A DNA stretch of 63,054 nucleotides, the filler included, from Hyphochytrium catenoides (taxonomy: Eukaryota > Protista > Hyphochytriomycota), in the NCBI GenBank assembly GCA_900088475.1. It is 5 parts of 5 records of this genome, joined end to end, with 100 filler letters (N's around TTAATTAATTAA, not from the genome) between each part and the next. Parts side by side here need not be neighbours in the genome. Positions count along the whole stretch, not along the records: positions 23,988 to 50,120 come from FLMG01000671.1; positions 50,221 to 53,801 come from FLMG01000749.1; 3 more parts are not named here. One strand, given 5' to 3'. The notes under the pieces are model-generated. The model did not search any database and was not told where the DNA came from. It saw only the letters and a program-made list of their open reading frames with translations. A program made the translations under genes and the position numbers. Positions 38,301-50,363 of the stretch are shown here, one piece after another (the stretch's first letter is position 1; each line of letters opens with the position of its first letter).

Positions 38301-40089
38301 TAGCGCAGACTCATCGCCAGGAGAATTTTCGGAGGTAAGGGCTCCTCATAGCATTCTTCATCCTCCCTTGAGCGGTCCTGTGCATGAACTCCTTCCTCCT
38401 CCTCTTGTCGTGACCCTTCCCTTTTCAGCCTCTTTGCTGATGGCGGGACACTCTGAGCCTGTTTTCTGGTGCCATGGGTCTTTGCTATTGGAGTCCTGTT
38501 ATTTGTTGGAGATGGGGATGGAGCCGGTTTTTCTAATAGACAAAAGAGCAGTGTCAACAATTATGTCCGACAGCACTTCGAGCAGAGCATAGAGTTAGAG
38601 TAGAAAGCGCCCGGGCCCAGACAAACCAAAGACCTGGCTACGTGGCTTCATTTTAAAGGAAGGAAAATAAGTACTAATACTTCTTTATTCCTTCTGGACG
38701 CCTTACTCCGGTATTCTTCCACAGAGTCCTTTATCCAAGGAATGAGCAGCATGCTCTCCTTTTTCTCGTATCGTGCCTTTTCTTCGTCGTTGAGACGGGC
38801 GAGAGCCCACTTCTCCAAGTCCTCAGTCTGAGCGGCACTTAACATCTTCGGTTTGGCTGCAAATCGCCCGAGAAGTTGCGCAGCGATGCCCTGAAAACAG
38901 ATATAGTTTCTTTAGCGTTGCAATGTGCTGCAGCATTAGTGACTTTCTAATAAGTAACTTGAGGTGGCAAGGATGATCTGAAGAAGCGACCCAATAATTA
39001 AGCGACGTTTACTCGAAGTAGAACGCAGAACGGAAGACCTAATAGTGCCTACCACTTGAGAACCGATTTCTCTGGCCGACAGGCCATCTCGCCAACAAAG
39101 GTATTTGTAATACTCTGCAAGGAGCTCCTTCTTTGCTTGCAACGCATGATCAGAGCTCTCGGCCTTCCTTGAGATGGGGCGAGGGCTACTCTTGGGCGTG
39201 ACCGGCATCGAGCTACCCTCTTTTCCTCTCTCCGCCAGTCCAGTTGTAGATATTGTTGTCTCTACTCTTCTCGAACCAGGCTCAAGACTGCCCTCCGGAG
39301 AAGTGCGAGAGTGCGGAGCAAGGCCGCCGAATGTCTGATACAATGAAGTCAGTTTCCGGCACTATAATAGGTAAGATAAGACCTTGCCCTGACCTTGTCC
39401 TTTTCTTTAGCCGCGAATGGCAGACGTTGGGGCCCGTCTTCTGGATCGATAGACTTTCTTACACTATATAGCCGGTCAGCCAGTACATCTTGATGGCTTA
39501 GCTGCTTGCTGACGCTTGCGGCAGTGTTGGCGACACGAGGAATACTAGGACTAGAGCGAGAAGTAGGAGAAATTGCAAAGCTTTTCCCGACATTAGCCTC
39601 AAGCGAGGAGGGAGCAATCCTTGCCTCCGACGAGAAAACATCATAACTTCGTTTTTTCAGTGGTTGTCTATCATCGCCTTTTTTGGGGCTAGCATGGGAG
39701 CTCTTCTCCGAACGGCTGTCGATATTTGGTACACTCTGCGCATTGATATCGGCGGGACCTTTAGCAACTGGTGGACGAGATGTCTCCTCTTCCATCATCG
39801 TGTTCTTCTGGTTGGCCCCTAATTTCTGGGACTCAACCTTGGAAGGAGAGACAACCTGCCGCCTGGGAGATGAAGCATTGTTAAAGCTTAATCTGTCAAC
39901 ATCCATAGCCTTCTCGGTGTTGCCTTCTTCAATTGAAGGTCGCCGCTTCCTAACATCCTCCCGAGCGGCTCCTTCTTCCTCCTCCATTTCTTTTTTATCC
40001 CTTGTCCTGTACAGTGTTGTGGAGAACCGGTTATAAGCTTTTTCAACTCTGGACCGTTCAGGACTTGTGGAGTTGGTAGCTACCTTCAA
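32331..40089 (-). CDS. Large multi-exon chromatin/transcription regulator: 5x Cro/C1-like HTH, PHD finger, ELM2 with a Tudor-like insert, SANT, CxxC-H-C Zn knuckle, AT-hook, acidic tail (5' end unresolved, may extend to ~41 kb)
   Basis: PHD: CGVC...[35 protein letters not shown]2: [11 protein letters not shown]...LWLP...[16 protein letters not shown]: [13 protein letters not shown]...[14 protein letters not shown]. Zn knuckle: [17 protein letters not shown]-hook: KRKRGRPRK. The HTH repeats are described under findings. Confidence 0.85.
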
Positions 40090-41604
40090 ATTTCCAGATG
40101 AATGACACCTATACCGGGAAGAAGGGTTGATGTTGTATGTCCCTTCTTAAGCTTCTCCTCTAGTCGTGAAATCTCTCTAGACTGTGTAATAGGAGGTTAG
40201 CTCACATAAGCTGCATTTGGAAGCAGGAGACCCTCTAGAGAAAAAGACTACGGATCGCGAAACAATCGAAAACATATGGAGTGAATCAAGCACGTGCTTT
40301 CTTGATCATTGGTCTCGTGCTGCTAAACCATAGGAAAAGGAAGAGTTGAAGACGAATAAGGGAAGTTATCGTTGGCAATGTCAGCATCTAAGTAGCTATG
40401 TCGAAGTAAAGTCATAAAGGAGAACAGGGAGCCTTAAGACAATGCAAGCATGATAAACAATATATATTAGCAAAGCAGATCCTGTCGTAACCCTACCTTG
40501 TCTTCATGTATAATTGTCTTACGCTCCTTGATCTAAGTAGCCACAGTAGGCGCTTCCAACGAGATCAAGACGCTGGAAATATCCGTCGGCTGCTCAGCGA
40601 GAAAAGTTTATTTGCCTGACGAAAACCGCAATATCGCGTCTTCGTTTATGCGCTGCAGATCTCGATGCAGATTGAGCTTTATTGCGATTTTCATTCAGAG
40701 CTCTTTTCATTCTCTTTTTTGTGTGTGTCCCAACTTTCCAACAAAACCAAGGAGGAAGAGGGAGGGACAGCAAGCAACAAACTATGAACCAAAAGAACAA
40801 GAACACACAATATCAAATGAGGTGACAAGAGACTCAGACTCTTCGTTCTCTACTTCTGTCTGTTTACTCTGACTCTGACCCCTCTGTCTCGATGCCCTTA
40901 TTTACGTCATCCACCACGATCATTGTTCTTTCCTTTGCACCCCTTTTCCCCTTCAAAGCTGAATTTGTACATTTGTGAGATCGGATTGAAGCAACCAGAA
41001 GGGCTTTGTAAAATAGGCTATTATAGAGTGGATTATACATTTTGAAACAGCAAACTGGTGGGTGGGTGGGTGAGGATCCTATGAGCCCTCCCACCCACTG
41101 ATCACGTTACCGGTTCCTATAAATAGTAATCATAGCTATAAACAATCTGATTACTTTATTGAAGTCAAAAAGACATCTCACAGTTTGACCCAACCGATTA
41201 CGAATATGGCTCAGAATCTGTGTACATATACAGTTCCATACACAGAACAGTACTTTTTCACTAGTGACATATGAAGAATACCTAGCTCAGGATCAGGAAC
41301 AGTCCAGCGGTTCTGTAAGGGTAACGGATCAGAATCAGTTCTCGCAGCTGCGGCAGAAGCAGCAGACGATCTGCAGATAGAAGCGCTGGCAGATCTGCAC
41401 GGACGGGAGAGCGCAGCGGAGGATGGCAGGGTGGAGCCACTGAGATCCTGCAGGACGTGCTTCAAGTCAATGCGAGAGATTGCAGGTGCTCGTTGTTTGT
41501 TGCATCGGCTAAGGGGCACAAGAAGGAGCTAGTGCAAGTCTTCCTGCCTTTGGCTCCTCAAGGTGTAGGTGCTTGTAAGGCTAAATACCTATCTGGTACA
41601 GGTC

Positions 41605-44362
41605 ATGGCTAGTCAACAGTCTTTGAAGTCACATGCTTGTGCAGGTCTGTCAATATCTCCTCCGGCAGGTGTCAGTCGCAGTATTTCACTCTTACTCGTA
41701 AGCAGCATGTGGGAAACTGGTGTACGCTATGGAGGATAAGGTCAAAGTGGATAACAACGAGCTCCACAGAGGCTGCTTTAAGTGTGCGCATTGCAACTGT
41801 CAGCTCACCTTGAACAACTTCTCCAAGGCGGGAAGTGAACTACTTTGCAAGGTGCACTACTTCGAGCGCTTCCACAAAAATAACAGCTACGGAGGAGAGG
41901 ACAAATTTTCTCAGAAGTCGAAGGCAGGGTCCTCTGCAATGCTCAGAGCAAAAGGTGCGTGAAGTTAACGATGAAGTAGAAGACCTAGAAGATGATGAAA
42001 GACAGATGAGAACAGGTGTTTCAACTCAGAAAGAAGAGAGGGGACACGGGGCTTTATGACCCCTGCTAAGTGGGAAACTAACCAGCTCTTTTGAACCTGT
42101 CTGCCGCTGTCATTAGGTACGATGTCTTCATCTAAGTCGCATCTTCAGTGCCGGTCATGAAAGAAACTCTTAATGTAGGCAACCCTGGAGGCATAGTCTC
42201 CCCGACTCACAGCGGTAACCTATCAGTCACCCCTGAAGGGTCCAAGGAGGGACTCAAAGATAGTCCGCCACCACTGGTGTCAAGGTATGAGCTAGCTTTA
42301 CTGCTCTGCTTCGTCTCACGCCCTGGCTCACCCTATCCCTCTCGCTACCTCTGCGACTACTTTATCCCACTTTCTCACTCTGTCTTGCAACCGTCAAGTC
42401 ACGTGGAGCTTCCTCGTACAGCGTCAGCTCCTGTCATAGTGAAGGCGTCTATCAAGGAGAGGTTCAATACCTCTCAGCCTGCCCTTGAGGCAGATGGACA
42501 ATCCAAAGGTGGAGAAAGACCACCGACCTCACGGCGGGTCTCCATGATTGACACAATGCAAAGCAGTCAGAGTCAAAAACTTTGCTTCGGTAATGCAGTG
42601 GACGGACAAGATAGTCGACAATCTGCCTTGTCATACCTAGAGCTTCGTTCTCTAACAAACTAGCACTTTCGCTCCTTAAATATTTGTAGGCAGGCTTCAT
42701 TTTATCTCTGACGTTCTGGTGATTTGTTGTCTCTTTCTCACCCGTTTCTCTCTCCTTTATGCAAATTCCTTACTTTTAGTCTGTCAAAAGAATGTGTATC
42801 CTATGGATAAGAAGGAGGTGATTGATGCTCGCACCGTCCACAAAGCTTGCCTCAAGTGCACAACGTGCCTCGCGCAACTCCTGCCGGCAGACGTCACGCA
42901 TTGTGAGTCATCAGCTCCGTCCACTTGGCGCCAAACTCTAACGCCTTGGAGCTTCTTTGTTGCCTCTATTTTATGCAGTGCGGCAGGACGCCAAGCTCGT
43001 GCTTCTTTGCAAGAAGCATCTGGCTACCAACTCTCTTATTGAAGAGGCTAAGTCAGAGGCATCACCAAAGGTTGATGTTCTCTCATCAAGCTCTCTCTGC
43101 TCCGTGCCAAGCAAGTGTCCCAATGGACCGTCGTCCCTCTCAGTGGCGAAGAGTGTAACCCCTTCCCAAGACGGATCTCGGTTGGCCCAGGCGGGATCAC
43201 CCTCTAGCCCAAGGGATGGTCTACACGGTGGACAACAAAGCTNNNNNNNNNNNNNNNNNNNNNNNNNNNNNNNNNNNNNNNNNNNNNNNNNNNNNNNNNN
43301 NNNNNNNNNNNNNNNNNNNNNNNNNNNNNNNNNNNNNNNNNNNNNNTAGTCTTTCTGTGAAGGGTGAGTACGTGCAGACTCAAGACGCAATTCTCTAGCC
43401 GTGGGCCGCCCCGCGTTATCGTACACTTAGATCCTAAAGTCTAGGCAGCCTGACTCCTAACCATTCCTTTCGAGTCCACGCTTTCTTATATAACATTCCC
43501 ATTAAAGTTCAGTCTTCTCTGTTAACCTTCGACTACTTCACAGAGAGCTCGAGCAAACTCCCTCTCACTCCATCTGGGACGGGCCCACGGCGAACGAGCT
43601 TGGTGTCTCCTACATCTTCTTGCATTTGTGAAGGTAATGATTAGGCCAGAACCATGTTCTGTCGGCATCATCGTAGCTTCTTAGCTTAGCCACTGGCGCT
43701 AACACCTCTTTCGCATGCCTTTCCCTGACCTCCAGCATGTAAACAGAGGGTCTACCAAATGGATGAAAAGGTGAGCTCAAGCCCTTCCCTTCTTCAGCTT
43801 TTCAAAAACTATGCATCGCCATCACTTGGAAGTAGAGAACTAACTACTTCTTTCGATTGAACTGCAAACCCAGATCACGATTGATGGCAAGAACTACCAT
43901 GGGAAGTGCTTCAAATGTCAAAAGTGCAAGGTAGCTCTCTCTCCCACTCTATTTCACCTCTCCTAGTCCCTAACCAGACATTCATCCTGCTCCTGCTCTC
44001 CCTGGTCGGCTTGTACTCTTGTCCCTAACGCGACATGCCGTGGTAGTGCCGTTTAACGCTGAAGACGTTCACGAAAGGTAAGACAAGGAGCATGACCAAC
44101 CCCTAACAGCTCGACTCGGTGCTTTTGACGCTCCCCTGTCTCTCACCTGTGCCTTTGGTGTCTGTCTATAGGGGGTGATGTGCTGTTATGCCAAACGCAC
44201 TACATGGAGCACTTCCACACGACGAACAAGTATCTCAATAGCTCCTTAGAGAGCGACGAGAAGCAACGCAGAGCTGGAGAGTTGGAGAAAGCGAAGACCG
44301 AAGGCGAAGAGCCAAATGTTGAACCTCTCCGGCCAGTAGAGCTAACTAAGTGTCTGACCTGA
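41605..44362 (+). CDS. Protein with three LIM domains separated by Ser/Pro-rich linkers (multi-exon, spans an N gap)
   Basis: LIM1: CA|ACGKLVYAMED..HRGCFKCAHC..LCKVH. LIM2: CF|VCQKNVYPMD..HKACLKCTTC..LCKKH. LIM3: CE|ACKQRVYQMDEK|..HGKCFKCQKCK|..LCQTH. Confidence 0.9.
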
Positions 44363-45029
44363 AAAAGACTCAATCAGGCAAGCCAAAAGCATAACGAGGA
44401 AGGCAAGCAAAAGAAGAAGAAGATTAGGGATTATGGGAGGACCTTGGCTCTTCTCTCTCTTTCCTCTTTATAGCACGCTTTAGATAACTCGCCGACTTCT
44501 CCGTCCTGTTATCCTCGCAGTTGATGCTGACTCAGCCCTCTCTAGGCGGCAAATAACTCCGCCAGTGTCCAAGTAGGCAAGAGGTAGTGGGACGAGCAGG
44601 GCCTAGTCATCCGAGTCAAGCAGCTATTTCCAAAAGGAGTCAAACAAAGAGGGAAAGACTGTGTGCTGCCATTGCTGGTTTCTGCTCTCCTTACTCCTTC
44701 CCTGTCTTTCTCTCCCCGTTGATGACTAGGAACTACCAGCGGACCTCTCTTCCATCATAACAAGCTACTGAGTACGAGGCACAGTCCCATCTCTTTTACA
44801 TGGTTGCTATAGATCATATTAGTTCTTCTTTATTAGTAGGCGTCACAGAGGAAAAAGAGAGGGAAAGCTCTCCTTAGCGTATAAATACTTAGGAAAAATA
44901 TTATTGTCTAAAGGCAAACGTACACGGGGCGGAGTAACCCCGTCAGAGAGAGAAGGCAGAGACGCATCAACTGGCAACGCCTTCTGTTGCTATGAATGGC
45001 CTATCCTTGAGAGGAAGGACGCAGGAAGA

Positions 45030-46517
45030 CTATACAATGTACGCGTAGTGAGGAGACTCCACCTTTACCTTCCGACTCGCTGCTTTCCGACCATCGGCTG
45101 AGAGAGGACTCTCAACAAACGATGAGTCATTCTCTCGCATCACAATCCCTTTCTTGCTATGGTTAGCCCAATAGGCCGTGGCATAGGGGTGGGGCCGGCC
45201 TGTGAATCTCTTCCTGCAGAAGCGTTCAAAGGGCTGAATGAGCTGCTCCAAGACCTCCAGGTTAATGCTGACAAAGAGATCAGGTGGAAGACCAGGAGAT
45301 TCAGGTCCTAAGAAGTCAATCTGCTGGATGACAGGCGCCTTACACGCAGCAGAGACTGACACTTGCATCGTGGAAGAGTCGCTGAAGTACAGCGTCCTGA
45401 TGTTCTTTGCCATTTCGTTCCTTCTTCTACCACTCGGTTCCATCTGATAATCCAGGCTCTCGGCATAGAACTGTCCCAAGCTTACACAGAACTCATCCAC
45501 AAGGTAGAGCGTGAGATCCTCTAAGAGCTCTCTGTCATCTAGAGCTGCAGCCAGTTGAACGGCGGTTGTTATAACTCCCTTTCCGTCGGCTGTGCTTTCG
45601 AAGTGGCTTGCTGTCCAGGTCTCGCTGGGAGTTCCTGCAGTCGTCATGGATGCAGTAGAAGCCTTCTTGAGGGCTCGATACGACGAACGAAGGGGAAGGA
45701 CAGAAAGCGTGATGCTGCACGTGTAGAGGAGAGAGGCATAGAGAACGGTAGCCCAGGCAGTATAAGCATTCTCGTTCAGCCCTTCTGCCTTTTCCTTCCC
45801 CTTTCCTTCCTTCCTGTCGTGTTCCTGAGCTTCAGCGAAGAAGCCTGAGACCTGCCAGAACACGACAGCGATGAAGAGAATGGAGGCACAGACTTTGTAC
45901 CGCTGACTCCAGCGGAACGCATCATCAAGCCGATGGAGAAGCAACGCGATGATGCAGAAACAAGCGGGGAAGATGCAGACAGTTGCGACATTCCCAATAG
46001 CCTCTACCAAGCCTACCGTAGAGCAGGCTTCATTCTGCACGGTGCCCATCACGACCTCTACGTCCATAGTTATTAGCCTTAGAGCCGGCACCAAAGCCAG
46101 TAACAGGCCCATACTAGCGATGGCCGTCGCGCCGAACCGCTTGGAGCGGAAGAGAGGGAGATATTGCATGAGATACTTGTTGGCAGAGTTCTTTTGCTTT
46201 GTCAGCAGTGTATTCTGCTGATATCGAATGAAGATCTGTGAGCCTTCATAGATCACCAAGGTCCCAAGAGGAAAGCACCCAGCGTTCCAGACGATGACAG
46301 CAACGTAGCAGGGAAGCTCCGGCAGTATAAGTGGAAGGAGTGTGCCTATCACGGCATAGGCTACAGAGAGCTCTCGCAGCACAGCCACTTTCATGCCGAT
46401 AGCATGCAGAGGATAAAGTTCTCGCCTCCGCCATAGAAGGACAGCGCAGACGATAGAAGTAAGTAAAGACAGACCGCCCAGACCTTGGCTCACAGCTTTC
46501 GCGACATCCGCGGACAT
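45030..46517 (-). CDS. Intronless 7TM-RGS protein (seven transmembrane helices + C-terminal RGS domain)
   Basis: Seven hydrophobic segments with loop motifs RRRELYPL, LPCY and DDAF. The C-terminus L..ALDD...YLVDEFC...FY....Y...AKNIRTLYF..S..QVSVS...DLF....EV..L...FERF fits an RGS box. Confidence 0.82.
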   Translation of the reverse strand: MSADVAKAVSQGLGGLSLLTSIVCAVLLWRRRELYPLHAIGMKVAVLRELSVAYAVIGTLLPLILPELPCYVAVIVWNAGCFPLGTLVIYEGSQIFIRYQQNTLLTKQKNSANKYLMQYLPLFRSKRFGATAIASMGLLLALVPALRLITMDVEVVMGTVQNEACSTVGLVEAIGNVATVCIFPACFCIIALLLHRLDDAFRWSQRYKVCASILFIAVVFWQVSGFFAEAQEHDRKEGKGKEKAEGLNENAYTAWATVLYASLLYTCSITLSVLPLRSSYRALKKASTASMTTAGTPSETWTASHFESTADGKGVITTAVQLAAALDDRELLEDLTLYLVDEFCVSLGQFYAESLDYQMEPSGRRRNEMAKNIRTLYFSDSSTMQVSVSAACKAPVIQQIDFLGPESPGLPPDLFVSINLEVLEQLIQPFERFCRKRFTGRPHPYATAYWANHSKKGIVMRENDSSFVESPLSADGRKAASRKVKVESPHYAYIV

Positions 46518-46913
46518 GGTTGCGCGCCAGCCTCGCTTCAGAGGCCGCCTGGCTGAGAAATTTACTCTCTAACGGGAGGCCAAGGACTGGGGATCCCCCT
46601 GGCCGTCCACTTTATATTATAGGATTATAGCGGATTGCCTTCAAAGCAAAGCGAAGCCTTTCTCTTTCGCGGTAGAACTATGTCGTCCTAGGTAGAGGAG
46701 AGGACGACTTCTCCCTTTCACCCTTGTGCCAGAGGGCCAACAAGCTTCCAGGAAGTTCATAGTGTTCAAAATTCATTCTCAGGGTGCATCTTGCTATCAA
46801 GTCAAGAGGAAGAAGGGAAAGAAGTCTATGGAAGTAGACAAATTTTGGCCTTGCCGATACTTCTATTACCATGGTTGACGTTATATCCAGATGGACTATG
46901 CGCTACGACTCGC

Positions 46914-46959
<46 letters not shown>

Positions 46960-47577
46960 CTCTCTCCTCTCTCTCTTTGTCTCTCTCTCTCTTCCTCTCT
47001 TTTCTCTCTATCGTCGCTAAAACTCTCCTTCGCTGTAGTATGGATCTTCTCTGGCAGGTAGTCTCCCTCGTCAACAACTCTATCTACTTCTCCTCTCTAT
47101 CTTTGCGTGCCATTGAACCTCTCTCCTCCTCAAGAGGAACTTAGCTTGCGGAGCAGCACAATCACTGGGAAGTCCATGATTTTGGTTGGCGCATCACTTC
47201 TTGACACGCCTGACCCGAAACATCCCAGGACAGACAAAACCCTGCTCCTTCTTCCTTCTCCTCCCAGGCGTGGCGCCAACTTCAAAGGCAAATGCTTGTG
47301 CGGCTCACAGCGGAAGGTCAGTTGTACCAAAAGAGACGACGACCAAGCCCAGTTCCAAATTTGGTCTCCTCACCCCACCACGTCCTTGACCTTCCTCACT
47401 ACTTCTCTCTGCCTTCTTTCTCTCTTTTCCTCGCTCATTTTTTGTTTGGGCCCCTCCCACATTTGTTCCTCCATTCTATCTCTCCCTTCGCTCTCTCTCT
47501 CTCTCTCCCTTTCTCCCTTTCTCTCTCTTTCTCAGTCCCTTCTCTCTTCTTTCTTTCTCTCTTCTTTCTTTCTTTCT

Positions 47578-47620
<43 letters not shown>

Positions 47621-50120
47621 TTTCTCTCTCTCTCTATCGGACAGCCCCAGTTGCTCTTCCAGCCTCTGCCTGCCCACGGTGTTAGGTGTTAGATGACAGG
47701 AGCCTAAGATCCACTACCGTTTTGCATGAGAAGAGGGAGTTTAGCTCTTTACAGAAAGTTAATAACACTGATAACGAAATCTTAGAAATAAACATGAAAT
47801 AACAAGACCAAGCCTCATAGTACTATCCCTCACACCTTGAAAGATTTTTTTCCTCTCACAAAGCAGCGAAAGATTCCTCTGTCTGGTGATACAAAGCCAC
47901 AGGGTCAGTTTAAAAGCCCTCTGAGCTCCAATTTTTCTCAACAGTAGTAGTCCGCGGTAGCTCTTCTACACAGACAGACGGCTGTCAAGCAAAGAGAAGA
48001 AGGCGAAGATCCTGTCTTTAAAGAGCCTGACATCGCTAGCAGTAGAGGTAGATCTCGAGTCAGAAGAACAGCTAGGGACTAGCTCTCTCAGAAAGGATGA
48101 AGAAGCAATCATCTTGCGAGTAGAGAGCAGAGTAGCTCTACGGACGGCCGCCACGAACAGAAGCAGCTCCTTAGGAAGGATGCGCTCCGCAACTTCCGCA
48201 CCCAAGGTAGAACTACAGGTGTAGGACCGATAAGCAAGTTGGCGATGGCTCTCTACCGTCCTTTGCCTTTCCTTTCCTTTGGGTTAGGGTTAGGGGGGTT
48301 AGTTCTATGATATTTTCTATGATATTTAGGATAGAACTCGGTCGCCAGGCTAGGAAGAGGCAGCTAGTTCCACGGTTCCCTTCTAGAGAGGCGGTTGTGC
48401 TCTAGTCCTAGTAAAGCGGTAGTAGGAGAAGAAGTTGACCTGAAGGACGACGACTCTACTCCTCAAGGAGAGATTGCTAGGTAGTTGTTCCTCATCCTAA
48501 AAGGACAGCGGCAGTAATTGTCGGAGAGTTGGTCTGCTGTCTAAGATGAAGCTTGAAGGCTCTCCAAAATGTGGGAAGCGACCTGACGCTTCTGGTAAAG
48601 CTCCTTTCAATCAATCCTGCCATTTGTGCTTCTATGAACGCTGTTCATTCGAGAGTTGCTCGACTACTCACGCTTGAGACGATGAAAGTAATGAAAGTGC
48701 TGAAAGGAAAGAATCCATGTTGGCTCCATCAACGATAGAGGATAACAGTCTTCCCCTCACTCGGCCAAGCCGGATCATAATGGGTGATGAGTCGCTGCCT
48801 TAAATTTCCGGCAGAGAGGGAAAGATTGCAGACGAATCCGGCATCCTCTCAATAATCATAAAGTTCTTCCAGGATCAGGCAGCTCCTTCATTCCTAGTGT
48901 ATTCCGACACTAACTGTCCTACGTTAACGGCTAAGGGCCAACTTTCTCGGGGGTATCCCCGGCAGACCTAGTGTACGGGAGACACCGTAATTCACTAACA
49001 AGGGAGAGAATCCCCTACACCTTTATGTGACACATATGAGGATAGCTGTACCTAAACGACGAGGGTACTCACTGAAAAAGCGCGTTACCGGAACAAGGGA
49101 GTCTCTCTTGGGTGACAGCTCTCTCTCTACGAGACATCTCTCAGGGGCGCTCTCGTGATGATCTGCTGGAGGAGCCTCCTCCTGCTGGTGGAGTCCGTCC
49201 AGCAGAGAAGAAGAGCAGGAAGAAGAAGAGCAGAAGTACTTGAACTCCCCGTTGGTCGCAGTCTGGCTTTAACAATCGGTACACCACAACTCAACCGGCT
49301 CTCTAGTGTAAAGGCACTGGAACATGGGGCATTATTTCGCAGAAGTACAGTATCATCATTCTCATCGCCGCCATCTTCTGTCTCTCTTCTTCCTTTGCCT
49401 TCGCCGAGTCCTCCTCCTCTTGTGCAAAGAAGTCCAGTGGTCGTGATGGTAGTTAGCCAGTTGCAGTATGCCTTTGTCAGGAAGACACGTCACGTGTTCA
49501 CCACCGTGCCACGAGAAGGGTCACAATAATAAGCTAACCTGCTGCCCAAAAGTGGGGGCCGCCAAACGGAGGGCTCGGGGGGGCGACAGAGGAAAATGAA
49601 AAGATAAAGGAAAACGAAGATATAAATACATGCGTGAAAAGGTAGTGAGGTCAAAAAAGAAGGCGAGGCCCTTGTTGAGAGAGACTCACAGACCACTGTT
49701 TTTCCACACGAGGGCAACTTCAGCCACGTCCAACTACTTCTTCTACAACGACCACCATAATCAGTGCTAGCAATACTCATGATGAGGAGGTTGTTGTTGG
49801 CCAAGAGGAGCAAAAGGGGGATAGTGGATGGTGCAGGTGGTCATCAATCCTCCCTCTTCTTGTTGATACTTCGTGGGCTACTACCAGTGGATCAGCGGGA
49901 CAACGGCCAAGGCTCTAGAGGATGACAACCACGACCCTGGTACTGTGGAAACTTTCCCCTTAACAAAGATGAACTTTTCGACGGCGACCGCTCCAGGCTT
50001 ACAAGAAAAGTTTCTGGAGGAAAAGCTAAAGAAATTCAAGAGCAGCACTTGGCTTAACCCTCCAAGGACGAAAGTTGCGAGGAGCGAAGGTTTGCACGCA
50101 ATCTTGCGCGAATGTTGATT

Positions 50121-50220
50121 NNNNNNNNNNNNNNNNNNNNNNNNNNNNNNNNNNNNNNNNNNNNTTAATTAATTAANNNNNNNNNNNNNNNNNNNNNNNN
50201 NNNNNNNNNNNNNNNNNNNN
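50121..50220. other. Artificial contig-joining spacer
   Basis: 44N-TTAATTAATTAA-44N. Confidence 0.97.
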
Positions 50221-50363
50221 TCCGCGATAGCACCACATGCTAAAGTGGCCCCTCTACATGGAGGGGTAGGGAGAGGAATCTGGAGGAGACGGAAGGGAGA
50301 CCTGCATAGCTTGCAGGGCTGACCTATGACCCGCCAGAGGTGGCACAATCCCATCTCTAACAC

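Noticed and set aside
48281-48302. TTAGGG-like repeats
   Set aside because: Only about two to three imperfect units, which is compatible with chance and not a telomere.
47687-50118. Possible decayed retroelement (TGTTAG...CAACA segment and stop-riddled frames)
   Set aside because: No PBS, PPT, TSD, second LTR or recognisable gag/pol motif could be supported.
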